A stretch of 22,379 nt of DNA from Cyanobacteria bacterium J06626_4 (GCA_038523235.1 JBCBJQ010000098.1:1-22379), one strand, 5' to 3'; positions 8,450 to 19,067 are shown, counted from the stretch's first letter. The notes: a model not told the origin generated them from the letters alone. Translations and numbers: made by a program.

Positions 8450-9835
8450 ATGACTGCACAAGTTCTGAAGCAAGACTATAAAGTTGCCGATATCTCCCTG
8501 GCGGAGTGGGGCCGTAAGGAAATTGCGATCGCCGAAGGCGAAATGCCGGCACTGATGACCATTCGCCACAAATATCAGGACAGCAAGCCCCTACAAGGTG
8601 CGAAGATCATTGGCTGCATTCACATGACGATTCAGACGGCAGTACTGATCGAAACCCTGCAGGCCCTGGGTGCAGAAGTGCGCTGGTCGTCTTGCAACAT
8701 TTTCTCCACCCAAAACCACGCGGCGGCAGCGATCGCGGCAGCAGGCACTCCCGTATTCGCCTGGAAGGGTGAAACGGAAGACGAATACATGTGGTGCATT
8801 GAGCAGACTTGCCGCACCCCCGAAGGTGGCCTGTGGGACGCCAACATGATTTTGGATGACGGCGGCGACCTGACCGGCCACATTCACGAAACCTATCCGG
8901 CCATGCTGGACAAGATTCACGGCGTTACTGAAGAAACTACCACCGGCGTTCACCGCCTGTTGGAAATGGTAGAAACTGGCGAACTCAAAGTACCCGCAAT
9001 CAACGTCAACGACTCCGTCACCAAGGCCAAAAACGACAACAAATACGGCTGCCGCCACAGCCTAAATGACGCCATTAAGCGCGCTACCGATCACCTGATG
9101 GCGGGCAAAAAAGCCCTCGTTATTGGCTACGGTGACGTGGGCAAAGGGTCAGCGGCTTCCCTCCGGCAGGAAGGCATGATCGTCAAAATTACCGAGTGCG
9201 ACCCCATCTGCGCGATGCAGGCCTGCATGGATGGCTTCGAAGTCGTCTCCCCCTACCTGAACGGCAATAATGACGGCACCGTTGACAGCATCGACAAAGC
9301 TCTACTGGGGAATACTGACCTGCTGGTCACCTCCACGGGCAACGTCAACGTCTGTGATGCCAACATGTTAACCTACCTCAAAAAGGGCGCGGTCGTTTGC
9401 AACATTGGCCATTTCGACAACGAAATCGACACCGCCTTCATGCGTCGCGTCTGGCGTTGGGAAGAGGTTAAGCCGCAGGTACATCAGGTGTATCGCAGCG
9501 ACGACAGTGCGGATTTCTTACTGCTACTGGCAGAAGGCCGTCTGGTCAACCTCGGGAACGCCACCGGCCACCCCTCTCGCATCATGGATGGCTCCTTTGC
9601 GAATCAGGTGTTGGCGCAAATGTTCCTCTATGAGCGCAAGTTTGCCGACAAGCCGGCGTCTGATAAAGCCGCTGCTATCACCGTCGAAGTGCTGCCCAAG
9701 CACCTCGATGAAGAGGTCGCACGCTACATGGTGGAGGGCTTTGGTGGCGTCATCACGCAACTCACCGAAACTCAGGCCAAGTACATCAACGTGCCAATGA
9801 GCGGCCCCTTCAAAGCTGAAAGCTACAAGTACTAG
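8450..9835 (+). CDS. ahcY: Adenosylhomocysteinase (SAH hydrolase)
   Basis: [39 protein letters not shown] (NAD binding) and [20 protein letters not shown] at 8441-8445. Confidence 0.98.
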   Translation: MTAQVLKQDYKVADISLAEWGRKEIAIAEGEMPALMTIRHKYQDSKPLQGAKIIGCIHMTIQTAVLIETLQALGAEVRWSSCNIFSTQNHAAAAIAAAGTPVFAWKGETEDEYMWCIEQTCRTPEGGLWDANMILDDGGDLTGHIHETYPAMLDKIHGVTEETTTGVHRLLEMVETGELKVPAINVNDSVTKAKNDNKYGCRHSLNDAIKRATDHLMAGKKALVIGYGDVGKGSAASLRQEGMIVKITECDPICAMQACMDGFEVVSPYLNGNNDGTVDSIDKALLGNTDLLVTSTGNVNVCDANMLTYLKKGAVVCNIGHFDNEIDTAFMRRVWRWEEVKPQVHQVYRSDDSADFLLLLAEGRLVNLGNATGHPSRIMDGSFANQVLAQMFLYERKFADKPASDKAAAITVEVLPKHLDEEVARYMVEGFGGVITQLTETQAKYINVPMSGPFKAESYKY

Positions 9836-9888
9836 GGGATCTGCGCTTAATATAGTGCTCCTAGGACGGACAGACAGTTGTTTGGCAA

Positions 9889-9907
9889 GGTTGGGCATTG
9901 CCCAACC
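9889..9907. repeat. Short REP-like palindrome
   Basis: GGTTGGGC-ATT-GCCCAACC, a perfect 8-bp stem downstream of ahcY. Confidence 0.5.
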
Positions 9908-9973
9908 CCCTGCGATCGGGGAGCCTACTGTTAAGCAATTCTCCAACTATCTGAGAAATTTCAAATTCAAATC

Positions 9974-9998
9974 AAAGGGGGCTAATGCCCCCTTTTTT
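9974..9998 (+). terminator. Rho-independent terminator of metK-ahcY
   Basis: AAAGGGGGC-TAAT-GCCCCC-TTTTTT. Confidence 0.85.
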
Positions 9999-10291
9999 AA
10001 TCGCGATACTGAGGTCGTGAGATGGTGCTGAATGAAGTCACACCAAGATTTTGCGGCCATTGCTGTTAAGCGCGAGTGACTCTTTACTAGCTGGAGTGTA
10101 GTGACCTGTAGATGCCTGTCGATTACACTCACCTGATCGCTTGTCCGACTTTTAGATCAGGACAGCCTGCCAAATCGTCACCGAAAATGACGCTTCGCCA
10201 GAGTCAGGGAACCCCGATCGCCCACGCCCAGGTAGAGCGATCGCGACCCCTCGGGCACTCTAAGATTAGCCGTTTCCTTTTGACCTAGCCC

Positions 10292-11824
10292 ATGACCTTT
10301 GCCAGCAGCGTCCGGTTGTTTCAAACGTTGGTGATGTCGTTTCACTCGGCCATCGTGATTGAAACTGGGGAAGAAGAGCGGGTGCGCACCCTGATTAATA
10401 AAGGCATTAACGAGCTGCAAATGGCCGTGTTTGAATGGAGTGTCGCTCAGGGGCTGACGCGATCGCCCAGCCATGTGCAAAACCGCTGGACTAACGAATA
10501 CGCCCCACCGGGCACCCAAAAACCGCAAGCTTTGGAGGAAACGACAGATCCCGTCGATGCCTTGAAACATATTGAAGCGCTGCAGTTTCAGGCAATTTAT
10601 TGGTTGAAGGATCTCGGCCCTCACCTCGAGGATGAGACCGTGCGGCGACAACTGCGAGAAGTCATTCAGCAGTTTGCGCATAATCGCTCAGCGCTGGTGA
10701 TTACCGGACATAGCCTGACCCTGCCAGCAGACATTGCTCAAGACGTGGTCTATTTTGACCTCAAGCTACCAGAACCCGATGAACTATACCAGGCCGTGAC
10801 CGAAGTGGTGCGATCGCTGAAAGGACGCATCTCAGTTGAAGTGAAGCCGGAAGAAATCAACGGGTTGGTACAAGCCATGCGCGGCATGACCCTGCAGCAA
10901 GCTCGCAAGGTGATTGCCTTTGCTGCTTTGGATGATGGCAAACTGACCCGAGAAGACGTCAAACGGGTCTTGCAGCGCAAGGTACAAGTCCTGCATGAAG
11001 AGGGCCTGCTAGACTACATCCCCCCCGAGATGAATCCGGCGCAACTCGGGGGCTTTAATGGCCTCAAGCAGTGGTTAAAACGAGCCCGCGTGGGCTTTAG
11101 TGCTCAGGCTAAGGCGTTTAACCTGCCCGCCCCGCGCGGCATCTTGATTGTGGGCATTCAGGGCTGCGGCAAGTCTCTGGCCGCTAAAACCATTGCCCGT
11201 GAATGGCAAATGCCACTGCTCAAATTAGATGCCGGCAAACTCTACGACAAATTTATTGGTGAATCAGAAAAGAACTTCCGCCGCGCCGTCACCCTCGCCG
11301 AAACCATGTCCCCCGCCATTTTGTGGATCGATGAGATTGAAAAAAGCATGGGCCAGTCAACGAGTGATGCCGATGGCGGCCTGAGTCGCCGCCTGTTTGG
11401 CTATTTTTTGACCTGGCTCCAAGAAAAGTCAGAGGACGTGTTTGTCGTCGCTACGGCCAACGATCTTTCTCGCATTCCCCCCGAGCTATTGCGCAAGGGT
11501 CGCTTTGACGAGATCTTTTTCGTCGATCTGCCGGATGAAACCGAACGGGCGGCGATCCTCCAGATTCATCTCATGCGGCGCAAGCAAGATCCCAAACGAT
11601 TTGAGTTGTCAGCGTTGGTACAGGCCACCGATGGATTTAGCGGGGCCGAGATTGAACAGGTCATTATTGTGGCCCTCTACTGTGCCATTCACGAAAATCG
11701 CCCTGTCGACACCGAGCTGATTATCGCGGCAGTGCGAGCCACGGTACCCCTGTCGATTAGCCGCCGCGAAGATTTGCACACGCTACGCCTCATGGCTCAA
11801 GAACGCTTCGTCGGCGTGAAGTGA
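10292..11824 (+). CDS. Ycf46-like AAA+ ATPase
   Basis: Walker A GIQGCGKS, Walker [10 protein letters not shown], sensor 1 VATAN and [15 protein letters not shown]-terminal degenerate AAA module with EEER motif typical of the Ycf46 family. Confidence 0.85.
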   Translation: MTFASSVRLFQTLVMSFHSAIVIETGEEERVRTLINKGINELQMAVFEWSVAQGLTRSPSHVQNRWTNEYAPPGTQKPQALEETTDPVDALKHIEALQFQAIYWLKDLGPHLEDETVRRQLREVIQQFAHNRSALVITGHSLTLPADIAQDVVYFDLKLPEPDELYQAVTEVVRSLKGRISVEVKPEEINGLVQAMRGMTLQQARKVIAFAALDDGKLTREDVKRVLQRKVQVLHEEGLLDYIPPEMNPAQLGGFNGLKQWLKRARVGFSAQAKAFNLPAPRGILIVGIQGCGKSLAAKTIAREWQMPLLKLDAGKLYDKFIGESEKNFRRAVTLAETMSPAILWIDEIEKSMGQSTSDADGGLSRRLFGYFLTWLQEKSEDVFVVATANDLSRIPPELLRKGRFDEIFFVDLPDETERAAILQIHLMRRKQDPKRFELSALVQATDGFSGAEIEQVIIVALYCAIHENRPVDTELIIAAVRATVPLSISRREDLHTLRLMAQERFVGVK

Positions 11825-12093
11825 GTGTTAGGGCGCGGTGAATCGCAACTTGCACACCCCTGCAACGCTGGCCTTCTAGAGCGCATCCCAAATTGGTCAA
11901 TCCATCAATGCGTTGCTCTGACCATGTTTGACTACATCAGTGGTGCGACAGTTGGGGAAACAGAGGGGTTCCGAGATCATGGGAAAATCGGTAGTAGAAG
12001 CTCCCATCCATGCTGACTGATGCCACCGCTCTAGAACACTACCCCCGGTATAATCTCGCCCCCCAGAACATATTCTAGCGATCACCCGCTCAT

Positions 12094-13821
12094 CTAAGGC
12101 TGAAACTGTTGGGCATAGAGATAAGCGTAGCGATCGCCCCGGCCCAACAGCTCCTCATGGGTGCCCGATTCGACCACTTGCCCCTGCTCAATGACTAAAA
12201 TGCGGTCGGCATTGCGAACAGTGGCCAGCCGGTGAGCAATGATAAACGCTGTGCGATCGCCCATCAGTCGCTCCAGGGCCTCTTGCACCAAATTTTCTGA
12301 CTCCGAGTCGAGGGCCGAGGTGGCTTCGTCGAGAATCAGCACGCGCGGATTGAGCAGCACCGCGCGGGCGATCGCGATGCGCTGGCGCTGCCCCCCCGAC
12401 AGGTTGACGCCCCGTTCGCCTACCCAGGCGTAATACCCTTGGGAAAATTGGCTGATGAAGTCGTGGGCATTGGCGGCTTTAGCTGCAGCTTCCACGGCGG
12501 CTAAGTCAAAGTCGGTTTGACCAAAAGCAATATTTTCCGCAATCGTGCCGGAAAAGAGCACTGTTTCCTGGGGCACGATACCAATCTGCCGCCGCAGACT
12601 TTTCAACGTAACGGTGGCGATGTCAGTGCCGTCAATCAAAATTTGCCCCGCTTGCGGATCATAAAAACGCGGCAGCAGATTCACCAGCGTGGTTTTGCCT
12701 GCACCAGAAGAGCCGACTAGGGCAATTTTTTCACCCGGCTGGGCCAGCAAATTAATGCCCTGCAAGACCGATTCATCGGCTTGATAGCTAAAAGTGACCT
12801 GACGATATTCCACCTTGCCGGTGACCGCCGGTAAGACCTGAGCCTGGGGACTTTCTTCGACCCCCGGCGCGATCGCCGACAGCTCAAAAACGCGATCAAC
12901 GGAGGCTTCTGCTTCCTTGAAGAGGTTGTAGTTTTCGGTGGTGTGAGTGATCGGGTCGATCAGCAGCAGTCCGGCGGTAACGTAGCTGGCAAAGGCGGCC
13001 CCGGTTAGATTATCCTGCGAAATTTGCCAGCTGCCGACCAAAAACAAGACGAGAATAATGCCCGCATACAGCAGCCCAATGACGGGATACTGCACCGCCA
13101 ACAGCCAGGCCGCCCGATATTTGGCATCGTAGTGACGCTGCGATTCGGCTCGAAAGCGCTCCACGGCATAGTCCTCAGCGGCAAAGGCCCGAATCAGGCG
13201 AATGCCGCCAAACACTTCCGTGAGTTGGGACGACAGATCGGAGACCAGGTTTTGGCTGGTGCGCGAATATTCCAACATGCGATCGCCAAACCAGCCCACC
13301 AGCAGTGCAAAGGCGGGCACGATGATCAGCATGGTCAGGGTGAGCTGCCAGTTCAAATACACCATGTAGGTGAGCACAACTACCAGCTGTAACACGCTGG
13401 GAATAAAGTCTTGAAACAGCTTTTTGACGACTTCACCAATGCGATCAATGTCTTCGGTGAGACGATAGGTGAGGTCGCCGGTTTGGGCTTTGGCAAAATA
13501 GGCGAGGCTGAGCCGCTGCAGGTGGGAGTAGGTATTGACCCGCAGCTTCAGCGCTACTTCTAGCGCCGCTTTTGACATGAGGGAATCTTGCCCATATTGC
13601 CCCAGCTTGTGAATCACAAAGCCCGCGATGGTAATGGCAGCTAATCGCGCCAAGGCGAGCACTTCACCTTGCACCAAAAGCGCCAGCATCAGCCCCGACA
13701 GCCAGGCCAAAATGGGCCAAAACGCGGTAAACACCAGGGTACAGAGCAGCGCATAGATAATGGTGCGCTGCTGCTCCCGCACATAGGGGGCCAGGTTCCA
13801 ATATTTAGAGCGCTGCGCCAA
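12094..13821 (-). CDS. ABC exporter, fused permease/ATP-binding protein (MsbA-like)
   Basis: N-terminal transmembrane domain; GSSGAGKT, LSGGQRQR, ILDEATSALD and IAHRL. Confidence 0.93.
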   Translation of the reverse strand: MAQRSKYWNLAPYVREQQRTIIYALLCTLVFTAFWPILAWLSGLMLALLVQGEVLALARLAAITIAGFVIHKLGQYGQDSLMSKAALEVALKLRVNTYSHLQRLSLAYFAKAQTGDLTYRLTEDIDRIGEVVKKLFQDFIPSVLQLVVVLTYMVYLNWQLTLTMLIIVPAFALLVGWFGDRMLEYSRTSQNLVSDLSSQLTEVFGGIRLIRAFAAEDYAVERFRAESQRHYDAKYRAAWLLAVQYPVIGLLYAGIILVLFLVGSWQISQDNLTGAAFASYVTAGLLLIDPITHTTENYNLFKEAEASVDRVFELSAIAPGVEESPQAQVLPAVTGKVEYRQVTFSYQADESVLQGINLLAQPGEKIALVGSSGAGKTTLVNLLPRFYDPQAGQILIDGTDIATVTLKSLRRQIGIVPQETVLFSGTIAENIAFGQTDFDLAAVEAAAKAANAHDFISQFSQGYYAWVGERGVNLSGGQRQRIAIARAVLLNPRVLILDEATSALDSESENLVQEALERLMGDRTAFIIAHRLATVRNADRILVIEQGQVVESGTHEELLGRGDRYAYLYAQQFQP

Positions 13822-13989
13822 GCGATCGCCTCATCCGTTCTGCACTCCCCAAGCTATCAGGTTCTGAGAACGCGGACTGAAGTTTGGTGAAAATTTCGCC
13901 CGCGATCAATCGCTCTAGGCAGCAATTTTCCACTATGGTGAAAAAATCTTATGCTCGGTCAATATTCCGACCTATTCAGGGCCTTCACC

Positions 13990-14304
13990 ATGATTTCTAG
14001 GATGTGGCACGGCACCGTACCAACGGCTAAAGCTGAGGCCTATCGCACCTTTCTCAACGCTCGGGTGATCCCCGATTACCAGTCCGTTCCTGGCAATGTC
14101 AGTGTTCACATCCTCGAACGCGCCGAGGGCGATATCACCTATTTCATTACGCTCACCTTTTGGGAGAGCTGGGACGCGATCCATCGCTTTGCCGGGGCCG
14201 ATGCGGCGGTGTCTAAATACTATCTCGAAGATCAAGACTTCTTGCTGACCTTCGAACCGCAGGTCGTTCACTATGAAGTCGTCGGCCAGTCACCCGCGTC
14301 ATGA
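13990..14304 (+). CDS. Antibiotic biosynthesis monooxygenase (ABM)-like dimeric alpha/beta barrel protein
   Basis: MISRMWHG...FITLTFWESWDAIHRFAG...YYLEDQDFLL; ATG 13990 preferred; stop overlaps the next start (ATGA). Confidence 0.72.
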   Translation: MISRMWHGTVPTAKAEAYRTFLNARVIPDYQSVPGNVSVHILERAEGDITYFITLTFWESWDAIHRFAGADAAVSKYYLEDQDFLLTFEPQVVHYEVVGQSPAS

Positions 14305-14705
14305 TTACCCTCTCGGAACGGCGCGACCTAGACATCGCCCAAATCCTTCCCCTGTACAAAGCCAATCATTGGTCGGCGGCCCAAAAGCCGCAGGCACTGC
14401 ACCAAGCTCTGCTCAACTCCCATGGGTTAGTCTCCGCCTGGGATGGGAAGCAGTTGGTGGGTATCGGCAACGCCCTATCGGACGGATTTTTAGTAGTTTA
14501 TTATCCCCATCTGCTGGTACTGCCCGCCTATCAGGGTCAGGGCATTGGTCAACAGATTCTGGCCCGGTTGAAGCAACGCTACGCCGGGCTGCACATGCAG
14601 ATGCTAGTGGCCGATGCGGCGGCGATCGCCTTTTACGAAAAGTGTGGCTTCACCCCAGCGGGCAGCACGGCCCCCATGTGGATTTATGATGGGGACGACC
14701 ATTAG
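14301..14705 (+). CDS. GNAT-family N-acetyltransferase
   Basis: Acetyl-CoA motif VLPAYQGQGIG and C-terminal FYEKCGF. Confidence 0.92.
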   Translation: MITLSERRDLDIAQILPLYKANHWSAAQKPQALHQALLNSHGLVSAWDGKQLVGIGNALSDGFLVVYYPHLLVLPAYQGQGIGQQILARLKQRYAGLHMQMLVADAAAIAFYEKCGFTPAGSTAPMWIYDGDDH

Positions 14706-14809
14706 CCCAACGCTGCTAACAGGCTTGCTGTAAGGATTTGGCAGTGCCAACCCCTAGCAATCGAGGCCCTATTTTCCAGCAGCGCCCTAATCTAAAAAGG
14801 AAATTATCT

Positions 14810-15415
14810 ATGCCGACCGTCATTGTGGCCACAGGCAACCCCGGCAAACTGGGGGAAATGCAGGGCTATCTGGCTGACCTTGACTGGCAACTCGCCCTCA
14901 AGCCGCCGGAAATCGAGATCGAAGAGACTGGCACCACGTTTTTAGAAAACGCCCGGCTCAAAGCCTCCGAGGTGGCAAAAGGACTGGGAAAATGGGCGAT
15001 CGCCGATGACTCGGGGCTCATGGTCGATGCCCTGGACGGCGCGCCCGGCCTGTATTCAGCTCGCTATGCCGCGACTGATGCGGCCCGCATTGAGCGACTG
15101 CTACGCGAACTGGGAACGACCGCGAACCGAGCCGCTCAGTTTGTTTGTGCGATCGCCCTCGCCCGCCCAGATGGCACTATCGCACTGCAGACGGAAGGGG
15201 TCTGCCCCGGCGAAATTGCACGGCAGTCCAGTGGCGGTGGCGGCTTTGGCTACGACCCAGTGTTTTACGTGCCCACCGCAGGCAAAACCTTCGCTGAGAT
15301 GACGCGCGCCGAGAAAGATCGGCTGAGTCACCGGGGCGTCGCCTTTGCCCAACTCATGCCCGCGCTGCGATCGCTGGATCTAGAGGCCGCCGCCAGTTCC
15401 GGCACGCCGTCATAG
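14810..15415 (+). CDS. rdgB: Non-canonical purine NTP (dITP/XTP) pyrophosphatase, HAM1 family
   Basis: ATGNPGK, ADDSGL, PGLYSARY, GFGYDPVF and SHRG; ATG 14810 is the likely start. Confidence 0.96.
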   Translation: MPTVIVATGNPGKLGEMQGYLADLDWQLALKPPEIEIEETGTTFLENARLKASEVAKGLGKWAIADDSGLMVDALDGAPGLYSARYAATDAARIERLLRELGTTANRAAQFVCAIALARPDGTIALQTEGVCPGEIARQSSGGGGFGYDPVFYVPTAGKTFAEMTRAEKDRLSHRGVAFAQLMPALRSLDLEAAASSGTPS

Positions 15416-15602
15416 TGCTGTCTCACCCAAGACCAGCTATGGTAAGCAAACGTCTGCTCCGGTCACTCCAAATAACGGAAATCACCAGGTAGTGAGCTTT
15501 TTAACTCTGACTTCCGCAGGGCCTTGCCCTGCCCGAAATGTACTCTGCAAGCCGAATTTTGCGACATCAGGCCGGTCTGATACACCATGACGTCCAAAAG
15601 CC

Positions 15603-15645
15603 AGAGCCGGTAGACCACAGGTTGATGCTTGGGGCTACCGGCTCT
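15603..15645 (-). terminator. Stem-loop downstream of psbY (terminator or stabilising hairpin)
   Basis: Perfect 11-bp inverted repeat AGAGCCGGTAG...CTACCGGCTCT about 45 nt after the psbY stop, followed by GGCTTTT on the minus strand. Confidence 0.55.
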
Positions 15646-15689
15646 AGGGTTAGCGACTGTCGGCCATCCAGCGATCGCCCAGCCAACAA

Positions 15690-15812
15690 TTAAGCTTCTC
15701 GATTATCGATGAAAGTCTGAAGTTGACCCAAAGCAGCTTTACCAATATTGAAGACAGCCCAACTACCGGCGAGAGCGATCGGTGCCAACACCACTACAAT
15801 TCTCCAATCCAT
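15690..15812 (-). CDS. psbY: Photosystem II protein Y
   Basis: Manual translation [40 protein letters not shown] (40 aa) with an AAGGAGG ribosome-binding site upstream; below the ORF-track length cutoff. Confidence 0.96.
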   Translation of the reverse strand: MDWRIVVVLAPIALAGSWAVFNIGKAALGQLQTFIDNREA

Positions 15813-15894
15813 CACTAAACCTCCTTGTTAAAAAATGACTTAATAGCCTGTCACAATTTTCTCATAATCTTCCCACATCCTATTTCACATTTCT

Positions 15895-16458
15895 TTAATA
15901 AGACAAGAAATTATTTGAATCCGAGGTTTTTCCGGTACCCGCGTGCACCAGCGCCAGTTGGTGATACTTCTCCGCATGGTCGATCAGCTCTGCCACTTCC
16001 TCATCAGCCAGCTGCCGCACGACCTTACCCGGCAACCCGACGACGAGCGATCGCGGCGGTACGTCTTTGGTCACCACAGCCCCTGCCCCGACAATACTGC
16101 CGGTGCCTACCTGCACGCCATTCAGCACAATCGCGCCAATGCCAATCAGGCAGCCCGCCCCAATGTCAGCACTGTGAATGACGGCCCGATGGCCCACCGT
16201 CACGTAATCGGCCAGCACCGTCGGCTGCCCCGGATCGCCGTGCAGTACGGCCCCATCTTGCACATTGCTGTAGGCCCCAATCTGAATCTTCTCAACATCG
16301 CCCCGCAGCACCGCGCCATACCAGATGCTGCAGCCCTCTGACAGTTCGACGTCACCGATGACGGTGGCTCCAGGCGCGACAAAAGCGGCGGCAGAGCGAT
16401 CGGGGGCAGGCCAGAAATTTTCGCTGTCAGAGAAAGTTGCATCCAGTGGCTCAGACAT
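15895..16458 (-). CDS. Gamma-carbonic-anhydrase-like hexapeptide repeat protein (YrdA/PaaY family)
   Basis: IWYGAVLRGD, NVQDGAVLH and TVGHRAVIH (three metal-ligand His); left-handed beta-helix repeats. Confidence 0.92.
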   Translation of the reverse strand: MSEPLDATFSDSENFWPAPDRSAAAFVAPGATVIGDVELSEGCSIWYGAVLRGDVEKIQIGAYSNVQDGAVLHGDPGQPTVLADYVTVGHRAVIHSADIGAGCLIGIGAIVLNGVQVGTGSIVGAGAVVTKDVPPRSLVVGLPGKVVRQLADEEVAELIDHAEKYHQLALVHAGTGKTSDSNNFLSY

Positions 16459-16506
16459 CACTACAAGCTTTATCCAGAATGGACATTAGAAGGGGAGTTC
16501 CCCCGT

Positions 16507-16512
16507 TATAAT
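16507..16512 (+). promoter_or_regulatory. Possible -10 box for the TIGR02652-VOC-AAA operon
   Basis: Perfect TATAAT about 47 nt upstream of ATG 16559 in a divergent spacer; no correctly spaced -35. Confidence 0.4.
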
Positions 16513-16558
16513 ACGGCTACCGGATCCCGTCGGACTGTATCCATCGGCCTATCGCTCA

Positions 16559-17068
16559 ATGGTCAACCCAGCCCTGCAACATCCCATTTTTGGCCCTGAC
16601 ATCAAGTGTCCCCATTGCCGTCAGACGATTCCAGCGTTGACCCTGACCGATACCTATTTGTGTTCGCGCCACGGGGCGTTTGAGGCTGACCCCGACAGCA
16701 AAGAACTCGTGCATCTGCAGTCGGGGCGGCACTGGCGACAGTGGGAAGGCGAATGGTACCGGCAGCATACTCACCCTGATGGCATTCGGTTCGAAATTCA
16801 TGAAGCCCTTGATCGGCTTTACACGCAGGGCTATCGGGCGACGCGAGTGATTATTGCCCAACGCTATCAAGACTTGGTCAAAACCTACCTCGAACGCGGC
16901 GCACCTTGGCGCGGTCAAGCTGATGGCGGCACGCCTCGGCTGTATGGGTTACCGGTGGAGTTTAGCCCGTCGCCCGAAGAAGTCCCCTGTTGGGATGTGA
17001 TCAACTTTAATTTAGAGAAAGAGCCGGGCGTTCCCTTGCGGTATCCCTACTTTCGACTGTTCGAGTAA
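16559..17068 (+). CDS. TIGR02652/DUF2396-family conserved cyanobacterial protein
   Basis: PIFGPDIKCPHCRQTIPALTLTDTYLCSRHGAFEA, YRQHTHPDGIRFEIHEALDRL and C-terminal RYPYFRLF. Confidence 0.85.
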   Translation: MVNPALQHPIFGPDIKCPHCRQTIPALTLTDTYLCSRHGAFEADPDSKELVHLQSGRHWRQWEGEWYRQHTHPDGIRFEIHEALDRLYTQGYRATRVIIAQRYQDLVKTYLERGAPWRGQADGGTPRLYGLPVEFSPSPEEVPCWDVINFNLEKEPGVPLRYPYFRLFE

Positions 17069-17077
17069 GGCGATCGC

Positions 17078-17515
17078 ATGCATCACGTTTCTATCCGCAC
17101 TGCCGACATCCATCGGGCAATCGCCTTTTACACCCTGCTGGGATTTGAGATGGAAGAGCAGTTTACCGCTGGCACCACCCTGGCCTGCTGGATGACCGGT
17201 CTCCGGGGCCGCATTGAGCTACTGCAGATTCCCGAGCCGCAAGCGCCGCCTGACTGTTTTCACGACGAGCACTACACTGGCTACTATCATCTCTCGTTTG
17301 ATTTGACGGAAATCGTCGAGAGTTTGCCAGATTGGCTACAATCGCTGCAACAACGCTTTGCCGCCGCGCCCGACTCGATGGCCCACGGCATGAGCCCCCT
17401 GCAGGTCTTGCTCACCCCGAGGCAGCAGATGATCGGCCCACACGTCTATGAGGTCGCCTTCATCGCCGACGCCGACGGTTTGCCCTTAGAATTTTTGCGG
17501 ATGATGGAAACATGA
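17078..17515 (+). CDS. VOC/glyoxalase-family protein
   Basis: MHHVSIRTADIHRAIAFY, RIELL, GYYHLSF and DADGLPLEF. Confidence 0.9.
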   Translation: MHHVSIRTADIHRAIAFYTLLGFEMEEQFTAGTTLACWMTGLRGRIELLQIPEPQAPPDCFHDEHYTGYYHLSFDLTEIVESLPDWLQSLQQRFAAAPDSMAHGMSPLQVLLTPRQQMIGPHVYEVAFIADADGLPLEFLRMMET

Positions 17516-19038
17516 GCAGTAGCGGCGTCAAACCTTTTGAGAACAACTGGGCCTACTTAAAAACCGAGCTGCGCTGGCTAGACCGAGTGTTGATGATGTC
17601 AGTCTCACGCAAGCGGCAAGATGATAAAACCGTGAATCGGGCAGCTAACACTGCTGCCGACAAGGTGACCAGCCACTGGTGGAAGGGCATTATCGCCGTT
17701 GATCGGGGCATCCATGATCGCGAAGGGCCACCCCCCAAAGGCCACTCTAAAATCATCACCGTCAGCTACAGCCAGCAGTTAGAGGCGCGCATTCAGGCTG
17801 GTTACCAGGCAGGTGTCGTCTTGGCCTTACCGCTGCTGCGCGATCGCCTGCAGCTCTCAGAGGTGGAAAAAAACATTGTTCTCATGGCGATCGCGCCAGA
17901 AATCAACCGCCGCTATGGTCGCCTTTACGACTATTTGCAAGAAGAGGAAGGAGCGCTGGCCGACCTGCCCACCGTGGACCTGTGTTTACGGTTGCTGTGC
18001 CGCAACGATCATGATTGGCAACAGGCCCGCGCCAAGCTGACGGCAGCCCATTCTCTCGTCAATCAGGGCCTGCTCGAATGGATCGGGGACGAAGACGGCA
18101 CGTTGCTCAGTCAGCAGGTGCGCGTCAGCGATGAGTTGGGCAATTTTTTGCTGGCCGACAATCCCACGGCGGCGGCCCTAGAAACTGTGTTATCCACTGC
18201 CGCCATGAACGACATTGCGGGTCTGACGCCAGAAAAACCGGCCCCGGTGCCCCCAGAAACCGCGCCGGCTAGCGTCCCAGAAGCGGGCTGCACGGGAGCA
18301 GGCGATCGCGAGGCGGCCGCCTTACCTCCACCCGCCCCGGAGAACCTGGCCGCGATCGCCGGGGCCTGGGAGACACTCGTGCTCCCTAAAAAACTGATCC
18401 GTCAGCTGCAATATGTCAGCCGTCAGGCCCAACAACGCCGTCAACAGGCTGACCTCACGGGGCTCATGGTGCTGCTGGTGGGGGCGACCGGCACGGGCAA
18501 AACGCTGGCGGCGGCCACCCTCGCCATCCAAGGCCAGATGTCGCTCACCTGTGTGGATCTGCAAACGCTTTCACCAGAGGGCTATCCGCGCATTTTGACC
18601 GACTCGCCCACCGAAAATGCCAGTTTGCTGCTGGTGAAGCAGGGCGAGCAGTGGTTTGGTCGGCAATCGCAGGTTGAGCAAAGCTGGCTGCATCAGTGGT
18701 GGCAGTGGCGACAGCAGTTTGGCCTGACCCTGGTCACCGTGACTGATTTAGCCCGCGTGCGCCCCAGTTGGCGCCAACAGTTTGACACCGTGCTGACCTT
18801 ACCTCAGCCCCAAGCGAAAGCGCGCCACCGCCTCTGGCAGCAGGCCTTTGCCGCTGAAGTGAACATCGACAAGCTGGACTGGGCGGCGATCGCCCGACAA
18901 TTGCCACTGACCGGGGGCGAAATTCAGGCGATCGCCCAGACAATTCAACTCGACCTGCAGGCGCGGGGACGCCATATCGTCACGCTGGCCACTCTACGAG
19001 ACGCCTTACAGCTGCATCATCCCCACCTCAACGTTTAG
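17512..19038 (+). CDS. AAA-like ATP-binding protein with degenerate Walker B
   Basis: Walker A GATGTGKT and C-terminal lid LTGGEI present; expected hhhhDE reads LLLVKQ; N-terminal APEINRRYGRLYDYLQ..PTVDL region; ATGA overlap with the VOC gene. Confidence 0.75.
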   Translation: MSSSGVKPFENNWAYLKTELRWLDRVLMMSVSRKRQDDKTVNRAANTAADKVTSHWWKGIIAVDRGIHDREGPPPKGHSKIITVSYSQQLEARIQAGYQAGVVLALPLLRDRLQLSEVEKNIVLMAIAPEINRRYGRLYDYLQEEEGALADLPTVDLCLRLLCRNDHDWQQARAKLTAAHSLVNQGLLEWIGDEDGTLLSQQVRVSDELGNFLLADNPTAAALETVLSTAAMNDIAGLTPEKPAPVPPETAPASVPEAGCTGAGDREAAALPPPAPENLAAIAGAWETLVLPKKLIRQLQYVSRQAQQRRQQADLTGLMVLLVGATGTGKTLAAATLAIQGQMSLTCVDLQTLSPEGYPRILTDSPTENASLLLVKQGEQWFGRQSQVEQSWLHQWWQWRQQFGLTLVTVTDLARVRPSWRQQFDTVLTLPQPQAKARHRLWQQAFAAEVNIDKLDWAAIARQLPLTGGEIQAIAQTIQLDLQARGRHIVTLATLRDALQLHHPHLNV

Positions 19039-19067
19039 CGAGAGGCCAAGAGAGCTACGTCCGGTCT

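Noticed and set aside
6869..10180. 10-nt direct repeat CAAATCGTCA (6869-6878 and 10171-10180) bracketing metK-ahcY as a possible island boundary
   Set aside because: A 10-mer match between two ~450-nt spacers is plausible by chance, and no integrase or tRNA is present.
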